A stretch of 62,889 bases of DNA, filler included, from Globobulimina sp. (GCA_003354225.1; 26 parts of 26 records of this genome joined end to end with filler, not necessarily neighbours in it), one strand, 5' to 3'; shown: positions 25,171 through 38,523, numbered from the whole stretch's first letter. Numbers and translations are program-made. Notes: generated from the sequence alone by a model not told the origin.

Positions 25171-26562
25171 ATGTCAGCGTCCTACAGTCTATTCAAAACA
25201 CATTGTGGTGCTTCAGGAGTAGAACACAGCACCACAGGCAATTTTACATCACCAACTGATATCAACCTAATTGTTGCCAAAAACAATATCATTGAAATAT
25301 ACAAATTACCGGATGAGACACCAAAAAATGCGGACACCAAACTCTCATTGATTGCACGTTATAGTTTATTCGGAGAAGTGCAAGACATTAAAACGGCTCG
25401 TTTTGTGCCCAACCATTGTGATTCACTGTTAATCAGCTTTCCTGATGCAAAGCTATCCGTAATTGATTTTGATGCCTCACAACATAATATAATCACAGTG
25501 GCATTATTTAATTTTGATCCATTATACCGTCGCATAGGAAACATCACCTCCTGCGACGATTTCAATATCAGAGTAGACCCATTGCAAAGATGTGCGGCCA
25601 TTATGATATCGCATGACTTATTATTTATTTTGCCACTCTTTGTGAGCTATCTAAAAAAACACAAACAACGCAAAGGCAGCAATCCTATAAACATTGTATT
25701 TCATGATACATTGGCCAATGAACATCAACAAGAAATTGAAGAAGAGGAACAACGTTTAAATCCGACACAAAATCACAATAATAACACGCATATAAACGGC
25801 CATGGCCATGGCGGTGCCAATCGACATAATCGACATAACCGTAATAACCGTCGTAATCATAACAAATATATATCCCCGTTGCCACCACCATTGCCGCCAC
25901 CCAATGACCCGGCAAGCCGTATAAATGTAGATGAGGGCGGTGGCAATGAAGAGGAGGAACAGGAAGACATTGATTACATACAAAGCATGAAAGCAGGTCT
26001 GATTTTTGTGTTTTATTATTTGTTTTGGTGCGAGGATATAAATAATATGTGTAAAATAATCAGATGGCAGTATTAATGGCAAACAATTTGATGATGCTGA
26101 CGAATGGGACATTGCTTACCAAAAACAGACGTATTATCATTATAAATCCTTATGTGCGAAAAGCTATTTTATTATAAATTTGCGTGCGAAGTGTAAGAAA
26201 ATTGTGGATTTTATCTTTTTGGACGGCTATAATACGCCGCAAATATTAATGTTATTCGAGAAAACAGCTACATGGGGCGGCAGGATACCGGTCCGCAATA
26301 AAACCATTTCCTTATTATCCATGACCTTAAACGTAGTGAGCAAACAATATAATATCCCCTTTATACTCTGTGATATTTTATCGTATGATTTCAATAAATT
26401 ATACCCCATCTCCTCCAGCAGCAATATGTTGCATTCGAGTGTGATATTGCAACAAATAAACAATAACAACAAAAGTAAATATATCCAAACTAACGTAGGT
26501 GGCGCGTTTTTGATTGGCAGCAATGCCATCATTCATTTTGGACAAAATATTGATTTCGGTCT
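25171..26562 (+). CDS. CPSF1: Cleavage and polyadenylation specificity factor subunit 1 (CPSF160), 3'-partial
   Basis: DSLLISFPDAKLSV, IRVDPLQRCAA, IVDFIFLDGYNTP..LFE..TWGGRI; intron 25997-26063. Confidence 0.95.
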
Positions 26563-27062
26563 NNNNNNNNNNNNNNNNNNNNNNNNNNNNNNNNNNNNNN
26601 NNNNNNTTAATTAATTAANNNNNNNNNNNNNNNNNNNNNNNNNNNNNNNNNNNNNNNNNNNNAATCACCATTTCCCAACAAAAATATTTTCAGTGCAAGG
26701 ATAAAAATTAAAAAATAACTACGCAAATTCGCAAATTCTAACTACGTTTTCACTCAAAGAAACTGTTTTTCACTCAAATTTTAGATAATTTTTCGACATT
26801 TAAACAACCACCATCCTTTCGTGACTGGAAGTCAAATCATAATATCTCAACACACTCTTTGATATTACAAACTGATTGTAAGCTTCATCACCAACAATCT
26901 CCACTGAACATTGTAGACAGGTATTTAACTCATTTTCACGACTTTGCGTTTTTTTGTAAAAATGCATTTTTCGAATAAAACATCACAAAAGTTACTGTAA
27001 AACACACAGCGTTGTGTTGTGTTCAAAACAGTGAAAGGATAAAAAGTAATTTTTGAAAAAAG

Positions 27063-27112
27063 GAAAATTCTAGAAATTTCTGTAAAATTCTAGAAATTTC
27101 TGGAAATTTCTA
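27063..27112. repeat. ~20-bp tandem repeat built on the palindrome AGAAATTTCT
   Basis: AAAATTCTAGAAATTTCTG x2 plus a partial copy, inside probable intron 26921-27178. Confidence 0.8.
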
Positions 27113-27182
27113 TTTTTTATTTTCTAAAATTTAGCATATATTAAATATTTTTATTTAACTAACTAACTAACATATAAGCACG

Positions 27183-28985
27183 ATGCCATCACCACAACGT
27201 CAAACCAAAATAACATCATCATCATCACCTCCAACCAAAACAACACCATCATCACGTCCAACCAAACCTCCACTATCATACAATTCACATCATCGCAAAT
27301 CAACTAAAAAATCATCAAAAACAACAATATCATCAATTTCAACACATCCAACAAAACCTCCTATACCACAAAGTTCACATCGTAGCAAACCAAATAAAAA
27401 CAGAATTTCTCCTTCCAAAAAAAGACTCTCGCGTAGACAACAAAATATTCCAACACAATTTGATTTAACCAAAAAATATGTTCTGAATATTCCTATTGGT
27501 ATTAAAAGATTAGACCAAGAATGTTGGTTTATCTCTGTATTGCAAGCATTTACAAATATTTCTTGGAAACCTGTGTTTTTTGATTATTCTAAACAAAATA
27601 ATGATGTATTTTCCCATATTTATCATTTGTTGCAACAATTATCGTATGTTTCAACAAAATCATATAATTTTAAAAATTACAAACACATTAAAACTGTGCA
27701 GAGAGTAATTAAATATGTTAATGAAATTAAAAAACAAAATGGAGTAGAAAAACAATTTTTCTGGGACATAACACAACAACAAAATGTTGTTGAATTTATC
27801 GAGTATATTCTGAATATGCCTGGTACTTACTGTGCGGATTCAATGACAATTAATCAGCGGAATGCTGCAAAAATAAATCAAATTAGAAGTTCCATGGCTA
27901 ATAAATTCAGGTTCGAAACTGCATCACGAATTTTTTGCGAAAATGAAAAAGAATCATATGATTTATCCGCACATACACATATGTTATTAACGTTGTCTTT
28001 ACCTGATGCCAATCAAAAAACGAGCGTTCAAGAATTACTTTATGATTATTGTAAAAAAACGGAGGTTGAAGATCACATATGTAGCAAATGTACAAAACGG
28101 CATACCACAAACAAAACCATCAAATTTACTACTCTTAAAAATGATTATTTAATTATTGAATTAAAACGATTTGAACGATTACTTGAAGTTGGAATATCAA
28201 TAAAAAAACATAATATTGTAAAAATAGAGGAATCAATTGTTCTTTCAAGTGATCACGGTTATGTTGCATATGTTCCGTTAAGTGTAATTAAACACACCGG
28301 TGGTGAATCCATTGAAGGAGGGCATTTTATTACTGAAAAATATTCTAAAAAAATATTATATAAATGTGATGATAATGACATTAAAAAAATAACTCGATTT
28401 GATCAGAGAAATTGCTATGTTATTATTTATAAAAAAGCACAGCAATCAGAGCAACAAGTTTTTGTCTCAAAATATTTACAAGGAAAAAATGAACAAAAAC
28501 AAGTAACGAAACAAAATAATAAAAATAAAAAACAAATGAAACCAAATGTAACTGAAATAACAGCAATGTTAACAAGATACAATAATCTTATTTTCAAAAG
28601 ATTAATAAATGATTCCACAATTAAAGACACAATTATTAATTATATATGTGCAAATGGCTGGGATTATAATAAAATAATGTGTATGAGTGCCAACCAGTTT
28701 GCAGAAAGTATCTCTACACAATTACCAAATACAAATATTAAAAGTAAATTAAAATTATTATATGAGAGAATATTGGATCGCATTAAACTTAATAAAAAGA
28801 ACAATAAAAACAAACATAAAAAAAGAACGTACAATACAATGACTGGAGATATAAATATGGATAGTGACTCTGCAAAAAAACCGACTAAAAAACCAAAAAT
28901 AATTAGTAAATTAACTAAACAACAGAGATATAACCTCACACTTAAAGGTAAAGCTCGGAAAAAAAAATATGCCGCCACCAAAAAG
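27183..28985 (+). CDS. Peptidase C19 (USP) domain protein, 3'-partial; probable upstream exon before 26920
   Basis: Cys box GIKRLDQECWFISVLQ, QQNVVEF, CSKC, IELKRF, His box HTG..GGHF, CDD. Confidence 0.88.
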
Positions 28986-29228
28986 NNNNNNNNNNNNNNN
29001 NNNNNNNNNNNNNNNNNNNNNNNNNNNNNTTAATTAATTAANNNNNNNNNNNNNNNNNNNNNNNNNNNNNNNNNNNNNNNNNNNNTTTCTAATTCTGTGA
29101 GCAAAAACTGTAGTTTTCCAGTGATTTTCATGAAAACATTCTTTTGTATCCGACCATCAATCTTGTCGTCAGCGCGTTGAAATTATATTTTCATAGATAT
29201 CATATTCAGGGACATCTAATTGTCATCA

Positions 29229-31408
29229 ATGGGTTGCGATTGCAGTGCACCAACAGAGGACGAAGAAAAATTATTAGACGCAGCCACCAAATTAAAATTA
29301 AAAGGAGCTCAAAACACACAAAACACTCAAAAACGAACACCAACGAGTTTAGGATCCGGAGATTGTGGAGAGTCTGTCTCAAATACCGCTGCTGATCCAA
29401 CACCTACACCCGGACCCAGACCGAAACCCAAACCCAAACCCAAACGAGCGAATTTAAGCTGGTATGTAGCTCCAGCCACAGAGCAAAAAGACGCGGCTGA
29501 TATATTGGACCAATTATGTATACTCATTGGTGATCAAAACAGAAAAGAGATAGAAAGCGCAATATCCAATGTCAACAACAAAGATGATCTAAATGCAGTA
29601 TGCCAATATTTGTTAAATACAGCAATTGCTATGGATACAAATGAGAAACCAAAGCATGGTATGATATTTTCTACGGATTTCAATAGATATATTATTTGCA
29701 TTTTATCTATTTTCAGAATGCAAAGACAGCGTACTTTGCTGCACCTCATTCGTGCGAATAACAATGGTTTTCGAGGCATATATTAAATGGATAGAAACAG
29801 CGCAATGTGGCGACAGCAAAAGTTTATATGAGGCAATCAATGAAGCATTCGGCGATAAGCAAAGAATCGATGAGGTCGAGATATTGGATGGTTTTCATCA
29901 TTTGATGTTGAGCCATAACACAGATGAAGAGTTTGAGACAATTTATGCTGACTTAGTACAGAAACAATTAGTTGTTACCATCGATAAATCGGACATTATT
30001 TTAAGAAATTATCGGGATCGAAGCAAAATGGGTGCTGCACAACGCAAAGATTTATATTTTGGTTATACTGAGTCTAAAGACGTTACAATGATTAAATTAT
30101 TAGATCGAATTTATTGTTTTTATGTTTATTCATTTGATATTGGAATGAGACTACGCATTATGGAGAAATTGCGCATATTATACGCTATAAATGACGGCGA
30201 AGAAGAAGAGGCAGACAAAGATGTAAAATTAGTTTGTATGTCATCGCTTTTATTACGAAAACAGATCAATTTGTTAAACCTATCTGGCAAAAACAGGCTG
30301 GCAATGAATAAGTATTCGACGCAAAACAAGTCAACGGACGCTGTGATATTTTTGTATAAAGATTTTGAAGCGAAATCTGATGAAATTATAGTAAATCAAG
30401 GAAGAGAATATAGTGAAAAGGACTGGTTTGTGGCAGCAAAATATGCCAATTTAAAAGAAGAATTTGCAAATAATGCAACATATTACATAAACAAGACAGA
30501 ATTTGATGATTTGGTTATTTTATCTCAATTGCAAATTAAGTCAAATTATAACAATGTATTAAGTCAAACCGTCCATTCTTACGTGAATGTAGAGGCTGAT
30601 TCCGGAGCAGCGCCATCGTGGGGAATGCAGCAAGAACATGTGTTGGCTGCCATGCTTTATTGTAATTACACAGCGGTGGCGTATGAATTAAAGCAAACTT
30701 ATTTTCGGCTATCAGCGCAAGAAACGGATATGGAGTTAAAGCAACGGCATGCAATGTTTGCTAATTTGGCTCGGTTATTGGCGGAGATTGTGAATGAATA
30801 TGGTGCGGAATGTACGAATTCCAACACATTTTATCACTGTGTTGATGTCAAAACTGTATCAAAAACATTGATGAAATTACGAGCACCGACTTCTACGTCA
30901 AGCAGTAAAGTGGTACTATTCAATTATTGTGTGAGTGGCGGCATTATTATGGAGTTAAACTGTGGCTGTTTGGGTTTGCTTAGTGGTCATAAAACGAAAT
31001 ATTTCGATTGTGCATTGATTTCAGATTTTGCTGTTGAAGAAGAAAAGTTATTCGTTTCTCAAAAAGATTGCATGTTGGAGTTGTCGTCGATGATCAATAC
31101 ATATTCATATTATTGGTACTTTTTATCTGTTTCTGTGTTTAATGTAATTTGCACCGCGTTTGGCGATGTAAATGAAAGTTGGGGGCCTGATAAAAAAAAT
31201 TTATTTGAAAATGAAAAAATCAAAAAAAAGAAATTAAAACATTTAACAAAGAAAATATTAGAAAGTCGCGGGCAAAATGTCCAGCCGCATTTGTTTGGGA
31301 AAAAGAAAAAGAAATATAAATTGGATGAAGGCGAGAATGAAAGAATGACATTGCAATTATTGGAGCAGTTTGCCACTGCGAAGAAAGAGATGATTTTATT
31401 TTGGTTTT
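29229..31408 (+). CDS. N-acylated (MGCDCS) UBA-like + ADP-ribosyltransferase-fold protein, 3'-partial
   Basis: Intron 29659-29716 joins the two ORFs; LYCNY, RHAMF, FYH, PTSTSS, SDFAVEEE. Confidence 0.7.
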
Positions 31409-31508
31409 NNNNNNNNNNNNNNNNNNNNNNNNNNNNNNNNNNNNNNNNNNNNTTAATTAATTAANNNNNNNNNNNNNNNNNNNNNNNNNNNNNNNNNNNN
31501 NNNNNNNN

Positions 31509-33724
31509 GCATTGATAATACGTTTTAGGTGTTTTATGCTTTTTTGCTGCTTTAATTTTAAGTGTTTATTATTTGACGCATTTGCTGATGTTTTATATGT
31601 ATTTATACCTCGAGTATGCATAGCTTTATGTGAACCCAATGCCCGCTTGCTTTTAAATGGACCTTTTTGACATATATTACATATTAATCCCTGTCGTCTC
31701 ATATCAATATCCTCATCATTTGTGTTCTTATTTTCTTCTTTTATACATTGCATTATTTTCTCTTTTCTGATATAAGACAAAAAAATGTAGCAACAAAACA
31801 ACAAAAAAAAACGAAATTAAAATCCAAACTTAACTTTATTTTCCATAAAACTCTCTTTTCTCCGATTTTAACAGTATACAATACACTCATTGCAGTCACG
31901 TTATTTACATTGTTATCAAATGCAGCAAATAGCTCATCCATATTATGAATAATAATTCTTTTTATTTCATGATTTGCGGTTAATTTATTTTTCTGAATTA
32001 AATATAAAAGAAACAAATATGAATCAATTGAACCACAAATGTGATAAATTAAATTGTTTGCATCGATATCTGACTCGTTTTTATTCTCAAATCTATGCAT
32101 GAAGCAACAGCCAGATATTACCATATCACATATAAAGATCCAATCACTTTCTGTCAATTCATTTGGATTATAATTTAATAAAATATCTGCAAACAATGAG
32201 CATATTATTGAATCGGATGAGGCCATAAATTGAGTTAATAATACCAATAATTCTATCATTTTAAGAAAATACTTTTTTTTATTTGCTATATAATTTTCTT
32301 GTTTATATAAATATTGATGACAAATAATTGAATAAATGTGCTTATAATATGGGTAATATCTGTCCTTTACATTGTTTTGTAGAATATTTAATGCATTTTT
32401 ATACTTTGCCTCAATTATAAGATCTTCGACGAGTCGTTTTTTCCTATTTTCATGTGTAAAAAATGGAACGTTATACAATTGAAAATACCATTTTTGAGTG
32501 CATCCTTTAATATTTTTAATATATTTGGCTAATTTGTTGATATTATTTGCAATTTGAGAGTCTTTGATATATGTTACTAACAATGGTCTTTTTTCAACCC
32601 ATTTTTGCAATTTTAATTTGGTTGGCATTGAATAATTTATTTTATCAAAAGCCGACAAATTCGCCGCATAAAAATCACCGATCATATTATTCCAATGTGT
32701 ACAGTATTCTTCATTTAAATAAAAAAGTGTCATTGCTTTGATAATTTCTGTTTCATTTTCTTTCTTAAATTGTAATATGTCAATATTTTCATTATCACAT
32801 TTGATGTTTTTTAATTGGGATCCACCAATTTCTGAGCATGCGCAGCTTAATATGTTGTTTTCTTTGGTTTCTTCTGCAATTTCAAATAGTTGTACTTGTA
32901 CGTTATTGTATGACAATATATATTTATTATTGCTTGAATCGATACATCTCAATAAATAATATACACCCAATTTGATCGTGTTTGCTGTTTGTAACAGATT
33001 TAGTTCTTTGGCTTCTGTCAATGCCATTGTTATTAAACTTAGTTTTTCTGAAGATAAAAATCTAAAAACTGAGTCGTTTCGATTATAAGCAATCACAGAT
33101 TTGATATTCCCATAAACTCATCACAAAAAATCAACTGTACAATAGTACGAATGATAACTTAATTCTAGGTCTTCTTCAACTATTTTAACACAGATTGGAT
33201 TATTTTTGTTGTCGCCATTCGATCCCATCAAACCACTACAAGCATAGCATTGCAGACACAACTATTGAGCTAATTTTCATTGTGGTGATCGGACTTCAAC
33301 TTTTGGAGTTGATTGCTCACCACAATAAATTAGCTCAATAGTTGTGTCTGCAGTGTCCGATGTGGTGACCGCACACTCTTTGCACATCGGCCTTGATAAA
33401 CAAACACGTTTTTCATATTAAAATCCGACAACTCCGCAAATAAAATATAATCCTTTATCATATGATACAATTTACTTGTTTTGTTTGTTTATCATGGCCG
33501 ATATGCAAGATGCAGTGTATAAATAACAATATAAAGAAAAAGAGGAAGATGAATCTTTTTCCCGTTTGTCGATCACTAATCGTGTCTGCAGTGTTTGCGT
33601 TTGTGTGTCTGGGTTGATGTCTATGTGCAAGGTTAAATTCACAATACCTCAATATCTCATAAGTACTTTTCTTGGCTGCGATTCGGATGTATAGTGATAT
33701 CTGTTTTGTTGGAGGCTGGGCAAT
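31509..33724 (-). CDS. Multi-exon hypothetical protein with a C2H2 zinc finger (partial at both ends)
   Basis: Intron 31767-31834 links ORF 31753-33096 to CNICQKGPFKSKRALGSHKAMH; upstream exons 33159-33235 and 33648-33724 join in phase via intron 33236-33647; unresolved in-frame TGA TGA at 33118-33123. Confidence 0.6.
33248..33355. repeat. Long inverted repeat (~40-bp stem)
   Basis: TGCAGACACAACTATTGAGCTAATTT is a perfect reverse complement of AAATTAGCTCAATAGTTGTGTCTGCA; continues with ATTGTGGTGA/TCACCACAAT. Confidence 0.95.
33380..33508. repeat. Inverted repeat with 27-bp arms (2 mismatches)
   Basis: 33380-33406 pairs with 33482-33508. Confidence 0.92.
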
Positions 33725-33830
33725 CTAAATAGTTTCTAAAATAGTTTCTAAAATAGTAACTAAATAGTTGCTAAAGCGTTGCTGAATAGGCTAGGTTTCT
33801 AAATAGTTACTAAATAATTGCTAAATAGTT
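33725..33830 (-). repeat. ACTATTTAG-type repeat array related to the MITE at 61990
   Basis: Multiple CTAAATAGTT units; reverse complement AACTATTTAGAAACCTA matches the 4867-4885 region. Confidence 0.8.
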
Positions 33831-33930
33831 NNNNNNNNNNNNNNNNNNNNNNNNNNNNNNNNNNNNNNNNNNNNTTAATTAATTAANNNNNNNNNNNNNN
33901 NNNNNNNNNNNNNNNNNNNNNNNNNNNNNN

Positions 33931-36252
33931 AGCTGATGATATTAAAGAAATTGTCATTCCACAGTATCGAAAAGAAGAAACAAAGGTAGCAATGAATGAG
34001 AATAAAAATGATGAAGCTGCGATGGAAGACGTCGTGGCAACTTTATTAATACCTGAAGGCGATACTTATTCCATGGCGAAATTAAATTTATGCGGAAGAC
34101 TGTTTAACAGCAACTTGGCCAATACGCAGTCCTCAAAAAGGGCAATTATATTTGTGGTGGATAAATCTGGCTCGATGAGTGGTGGCAGGATCACCGCCGT
34201 ACAAACCGCACTGCTGCAGTTCGTAGAGGAAGTCTGTGATGCTCAGGACCCCAATGTCATTTTACATTTGATTTTGTTTAGAGGGCAAGCCACACATTAT
34301 CCAATTCCGAAGGACAGGAACGAAGCCACGCAATTAATTAAACAGCAAGTAACAGCTGGCGGTGGTACTGATTTTTACAATGCTTCTTTAGAATTAGTCA
34401 AAGTGTCAAAGAATATTATTGAGAAATATCCAGAGCATGAGGTAGGTCGATATGATATTATCTGTTTGTGATTTTGCTCACAAATCTATGTTTTTCTTAA
34501 TGCTTAATACAGATTACATTAATTATGTGTTCTGATGGCGAAGTCGGCAAAGACAATGCGCAAAAAGCGCATAACTGTTGGAAGGAGTTTATAAATGCAC
34601 AATATTTGAAGCAGCATTCGACAGTGCCCTATGTTGAGTGTATTGGTATTAGCAACGAACACGATGCTGACATTTTGGGTGGGTTTATTTGTGTGGATGA
34701 AAATGGAAATTATTCAAAATGTGTCGATGGTGATGCCATATTAGAATCATTTATGAGATCACAAAAAGAAGCGATGAGCAGAGTGTCCATCAAAATTATT
34801 GTCCAGTCTCCATTTAATATTCTAAATAACATTTATACCAAAGACAAAACCAAGAATAAAGTGTTTCTTTTAACAAATTCCGACTTTTTCAATGAGAATT
34901 TCTTTGTCGATAAAAGCGAATTAAATAAATTGATAAATAAAAAAAAAGGACAGCAATTACAATTGTGTTTGTTGTATAACAATGAATCAGAATTTGTGCC
35001 TATAACTATTCAAAAAGGGTCGACTCGTTTTAATCAAATATTGTCGTTGGAATATTACAATCAATATTTAAATGATATTATTCAATCATTAAAAAACATT
35101 AAAAAAGAAGCTGACTTGAAACAATTTGCAAAAACGATCGATGTGGAATTAAAGAATAACACCAATGTATTTGCTGCGATTTGCACCGAAGAAGACGATA
35201 AAATTAAAACCGAAAACGCATTAAAACTGTTATTTCAAAATGAAAATGCATTGCGATTACACAACGAAGGCGGCACAAACGACGCGAAAATAGCTTTGAT
35301 CCAGAAACGTAGAGCAGAATTGATGAAATACTATAAAAATAATAACCGAAATAAATGGAAAAAACTACGGAAATATATCACATCGTTCGAATCGACATTA
35401 TCGTCGTTAAAACACTTAATCAAAGAGATCTTGTCCGATGCCACTCGATTGCAAGAAATCAGGCAACATATTATGGAGCTACATTTCACCAAAAAACACT
35501 CGAAGAGAGTGGACAAATTGATATTAAGTGACGAAGAACTATTAAATCGGGACAAGTTTTACGAGAATGCAATGGATAAAATATCCAACATCAAAGCGGA
35601 GGATTATGAGCTTGTAACAGCGGAGTACGGCACTGGCTGTTTTTTGTCGACCTTGACATTGCAGGACATTGTGGAGGAAGGCGAGCCGCTGTGGCTCTGT
35701 GGCCGCGTCGACCAAAAAGGCGGCTTAGCAGTGTCCAATCCGGAAGCCATCAAAATTGAGTATATCAGTCCGGATTTGTGCTGTGACAGTTATTTCCGAA
35801 TGGCGTTGAAATCGAGCGACAACAAAGGATTTTGCGACTCGTCGCGACAGAATATTTGCGTGCGGATCTTCCCAATCTATGCGAATCAGTGCCATTATGA
35901 TATTACGCGCGTGTTCTTAAACGAAGCTCTTTCGCATTGTTTGAGCGGAAGGACCGATCTGAAAACCACAGAGTATGGCAGTTTGTTTGCAGTGATCGGA
36001 TACATGATTACAAGAATGAAATTGACGCATTTGAACATTGACCGGATATTCAATTATTTGTTGCCGTCGCTACAAATATTTGCACGGAACACCAAAAGCT
36101 TTCCCTTTGTCAACACGTACCAAAAAACCATCGATTTCAAAGCGGAGCAAAAAGATAAAATCACATTGAAGCAACAATCACTGATTCGACTGTCCAGTTA
36201 TTTGTCTTCGTTTGCGTCCAGAACGTCGTCGTGGATCAGTAATATCAATGTA
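33931..36252 (+). CDS. von Willebrand factor A domain protein (partial)
   Basis: MIDAS motif VVDKSGSM, GGGTDF, IMCSDG; intron 34442-34512. Confidence 0.9.
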
Positions 36253-36399
36253 NNNNNNNNNNNNNNNNNNNNNNNNNNNNNNNNNNNNNNNNNNNNTTAA
36301 TTAATTAANNNNNNNNNNNNNNNNNNNNNNNNNNNNNNNNNNNNNNNNNNNNTTATATATGAGGTTTTTTGTTATTGAGTGTTGTAAAAAACGTTTTAG

Positions 36400-38523
36400 A
36401 GCTGATACGATATCTGGATATTTCCAAAAATATCAATTGGGGGTTGGTGGCTGTTGTGACGTATTTACACCAAATGCAGGCTATTGGTGCGGTAATCATT
36501 CGCAAGGTGGCGGTGCTTTTACTTATAGAAGTTTGGTAGAATATGCATTCAAAGTTTTTTTCTTTTAATTAATACTGGTTTTGCTGTGTTTTACTTTTAC
36601 AGTTCCAGCTGGATTGACTTATAATGCTGCAACATTACCAAATGCACCGTATGCAAACCCAACCGGTGCAGTAATTGTTAAGTTATATATTTTCATGTAT
36701 AAATTTGCTAAAACCCACATCCATTATACAGCAATCATGGCGTCCAGGTGATTGTATCCATTTCATTTGCATATTCTTCTTTTTTAGTATTGCAAACAAA
36801 ACAAAAAAAGGTCATTGGTCAAGTTGGATGTTTGCAGTGAATGCAGCAAAATATAATCCATCCTCCAGGACCATAATGTTTGCAAAAGGTGGTTTTCAAG
36901 GTAGGAATCTATATTTTTATATATATTTATGTTTTTATGATCGGTGAACTAGGAGCACGAGGTAATAATAACGGGGATGAATTTTTTATTGAGAATGTGG
37001 CGGAAGAGTTAGATTTCCCAACCGAATGGTTTTACAATGAAACGACAAAAACATTATTTTACAATGCCAATGGCACTCAAAATCCAAATGATTTAACATT
37101 TGAAGCCACAAATTTAAAAGTATTGGTAAATTATACTGGCACTATGGCCAAACCAGTCGAGAATCAACAAATACGTGGTTTGACGTTGCGGGATACACAA
37201 ATTACCTATTTAGACCCGCATGGAATGCCATCAGTTAAGTCATTTATTCTCTACATGCAACCTTACAATCAATACTCAAAAAGGGCGGGGATTGGGGATT
37301 GGAGCGTAGTGGCGGCATTTATTTAGATGGCGTTAGAAATATACAAATCTCATCCAATGTATTAACGCGTTTAGACGGCAATGCAATATCAATAAATCGC
37401 TATGCTCGCGATGTTGTAATCGAGAGGAATGAGATTGTCTGGCAAGGCGATAACGCAGTGAGTAGCTGGGGCGATACAAAGGATATACCGTTCACTGATG
37501 GCACCAGTATGGGGTGGGATGGTACAAACGGTAACCAACCCCGCGGTGTACAATTCACACAGAATATTGTGCATGAAATCGTATGTACACAACACGGAAT
37601 ATTGTGCCAAATGAAATGCTGAGCACACAAATTATAAACAATTAAACAGGGCATTTGGGAGAAACAATCGAGTATGTGGTTCCAGGCCAAATCGTGTTCA
37701 AATTCGTTGGATTCCAATATTTTCTTCAATGGTATACTGCATTATACATATTTTTGTCACCACAAATCAAATGTAAATATATGAACAGGACCAAGAGCTG
37801 GCATTAATTTTAATGATGGTTTCGGTGGAAACTCTACGATAAGAAAGAATTTATTGTTCAACACATGCCGTATGTCTATGAATGTGTATATATATATATG
37901 CTGACATATAAGTTAATAATTATTGTAAAGGTGAATCAGGAGACCATGGTCCTTTTAATTCATGGGATCGCCAGGTATATGTTACCGGAGTCAAAAATGG
38001 CACAGCTTCTGTGATTAAAGAATGGGATGTTATTTCTAATAATTTTATGGTAGCAAACTATAACAGTCAGGAAGCCATTGACAATGATGATGGCAGTTGT
38101 TATTATCATACACATGATAACTTTTTTGTATATTCTGGGAATGGAATGAAGAATGATTTTGGCGGACATGACAATCATCATTATAACAATATTTATGGTT
38201 ATATTGGACACTGTTTTGGTGTAAATGGACAAATCCAAGGCCATCAAGATGCGTTTTATAATAATACCTGTGTCATTTCAAGTGCACAAACACAATATGG
38301 CACATTTGATTGTTCAGCACAAAATGCGGGTAATCAATGGCCAAAATTAGGTGATAATACCGTTTATATGGCCACTGGGGATCCCACAAAGGTCGGTTTA
38401 TGTGGACAAACAGAGGCAAACTTTCAGAGAGCACATCCTGGTGTCGATGATAGGACTGTTATTAAAGGACCGCCTAATAATGCGGATATTATTGCTGCTG
38501 CTAAACAATTATTACTTGGTTAG
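36400..38523 (+). CDS. Right-handed beta-helix (pectin-lyase-like) protein, multi-exon, 5'-partial
   Basis: Introns 36531-36602, 36677-36731, 36748-36810, 36901-36952, 37234-37283, 37581-37649, 37732-37788 and 37870-37930 give a continuous frame (GPRAGINFNDGFGG, RESGDHGPFNSWDR, AIDNDDGS); 16-nt microexon 36732-36747. Confidence 0.88.
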
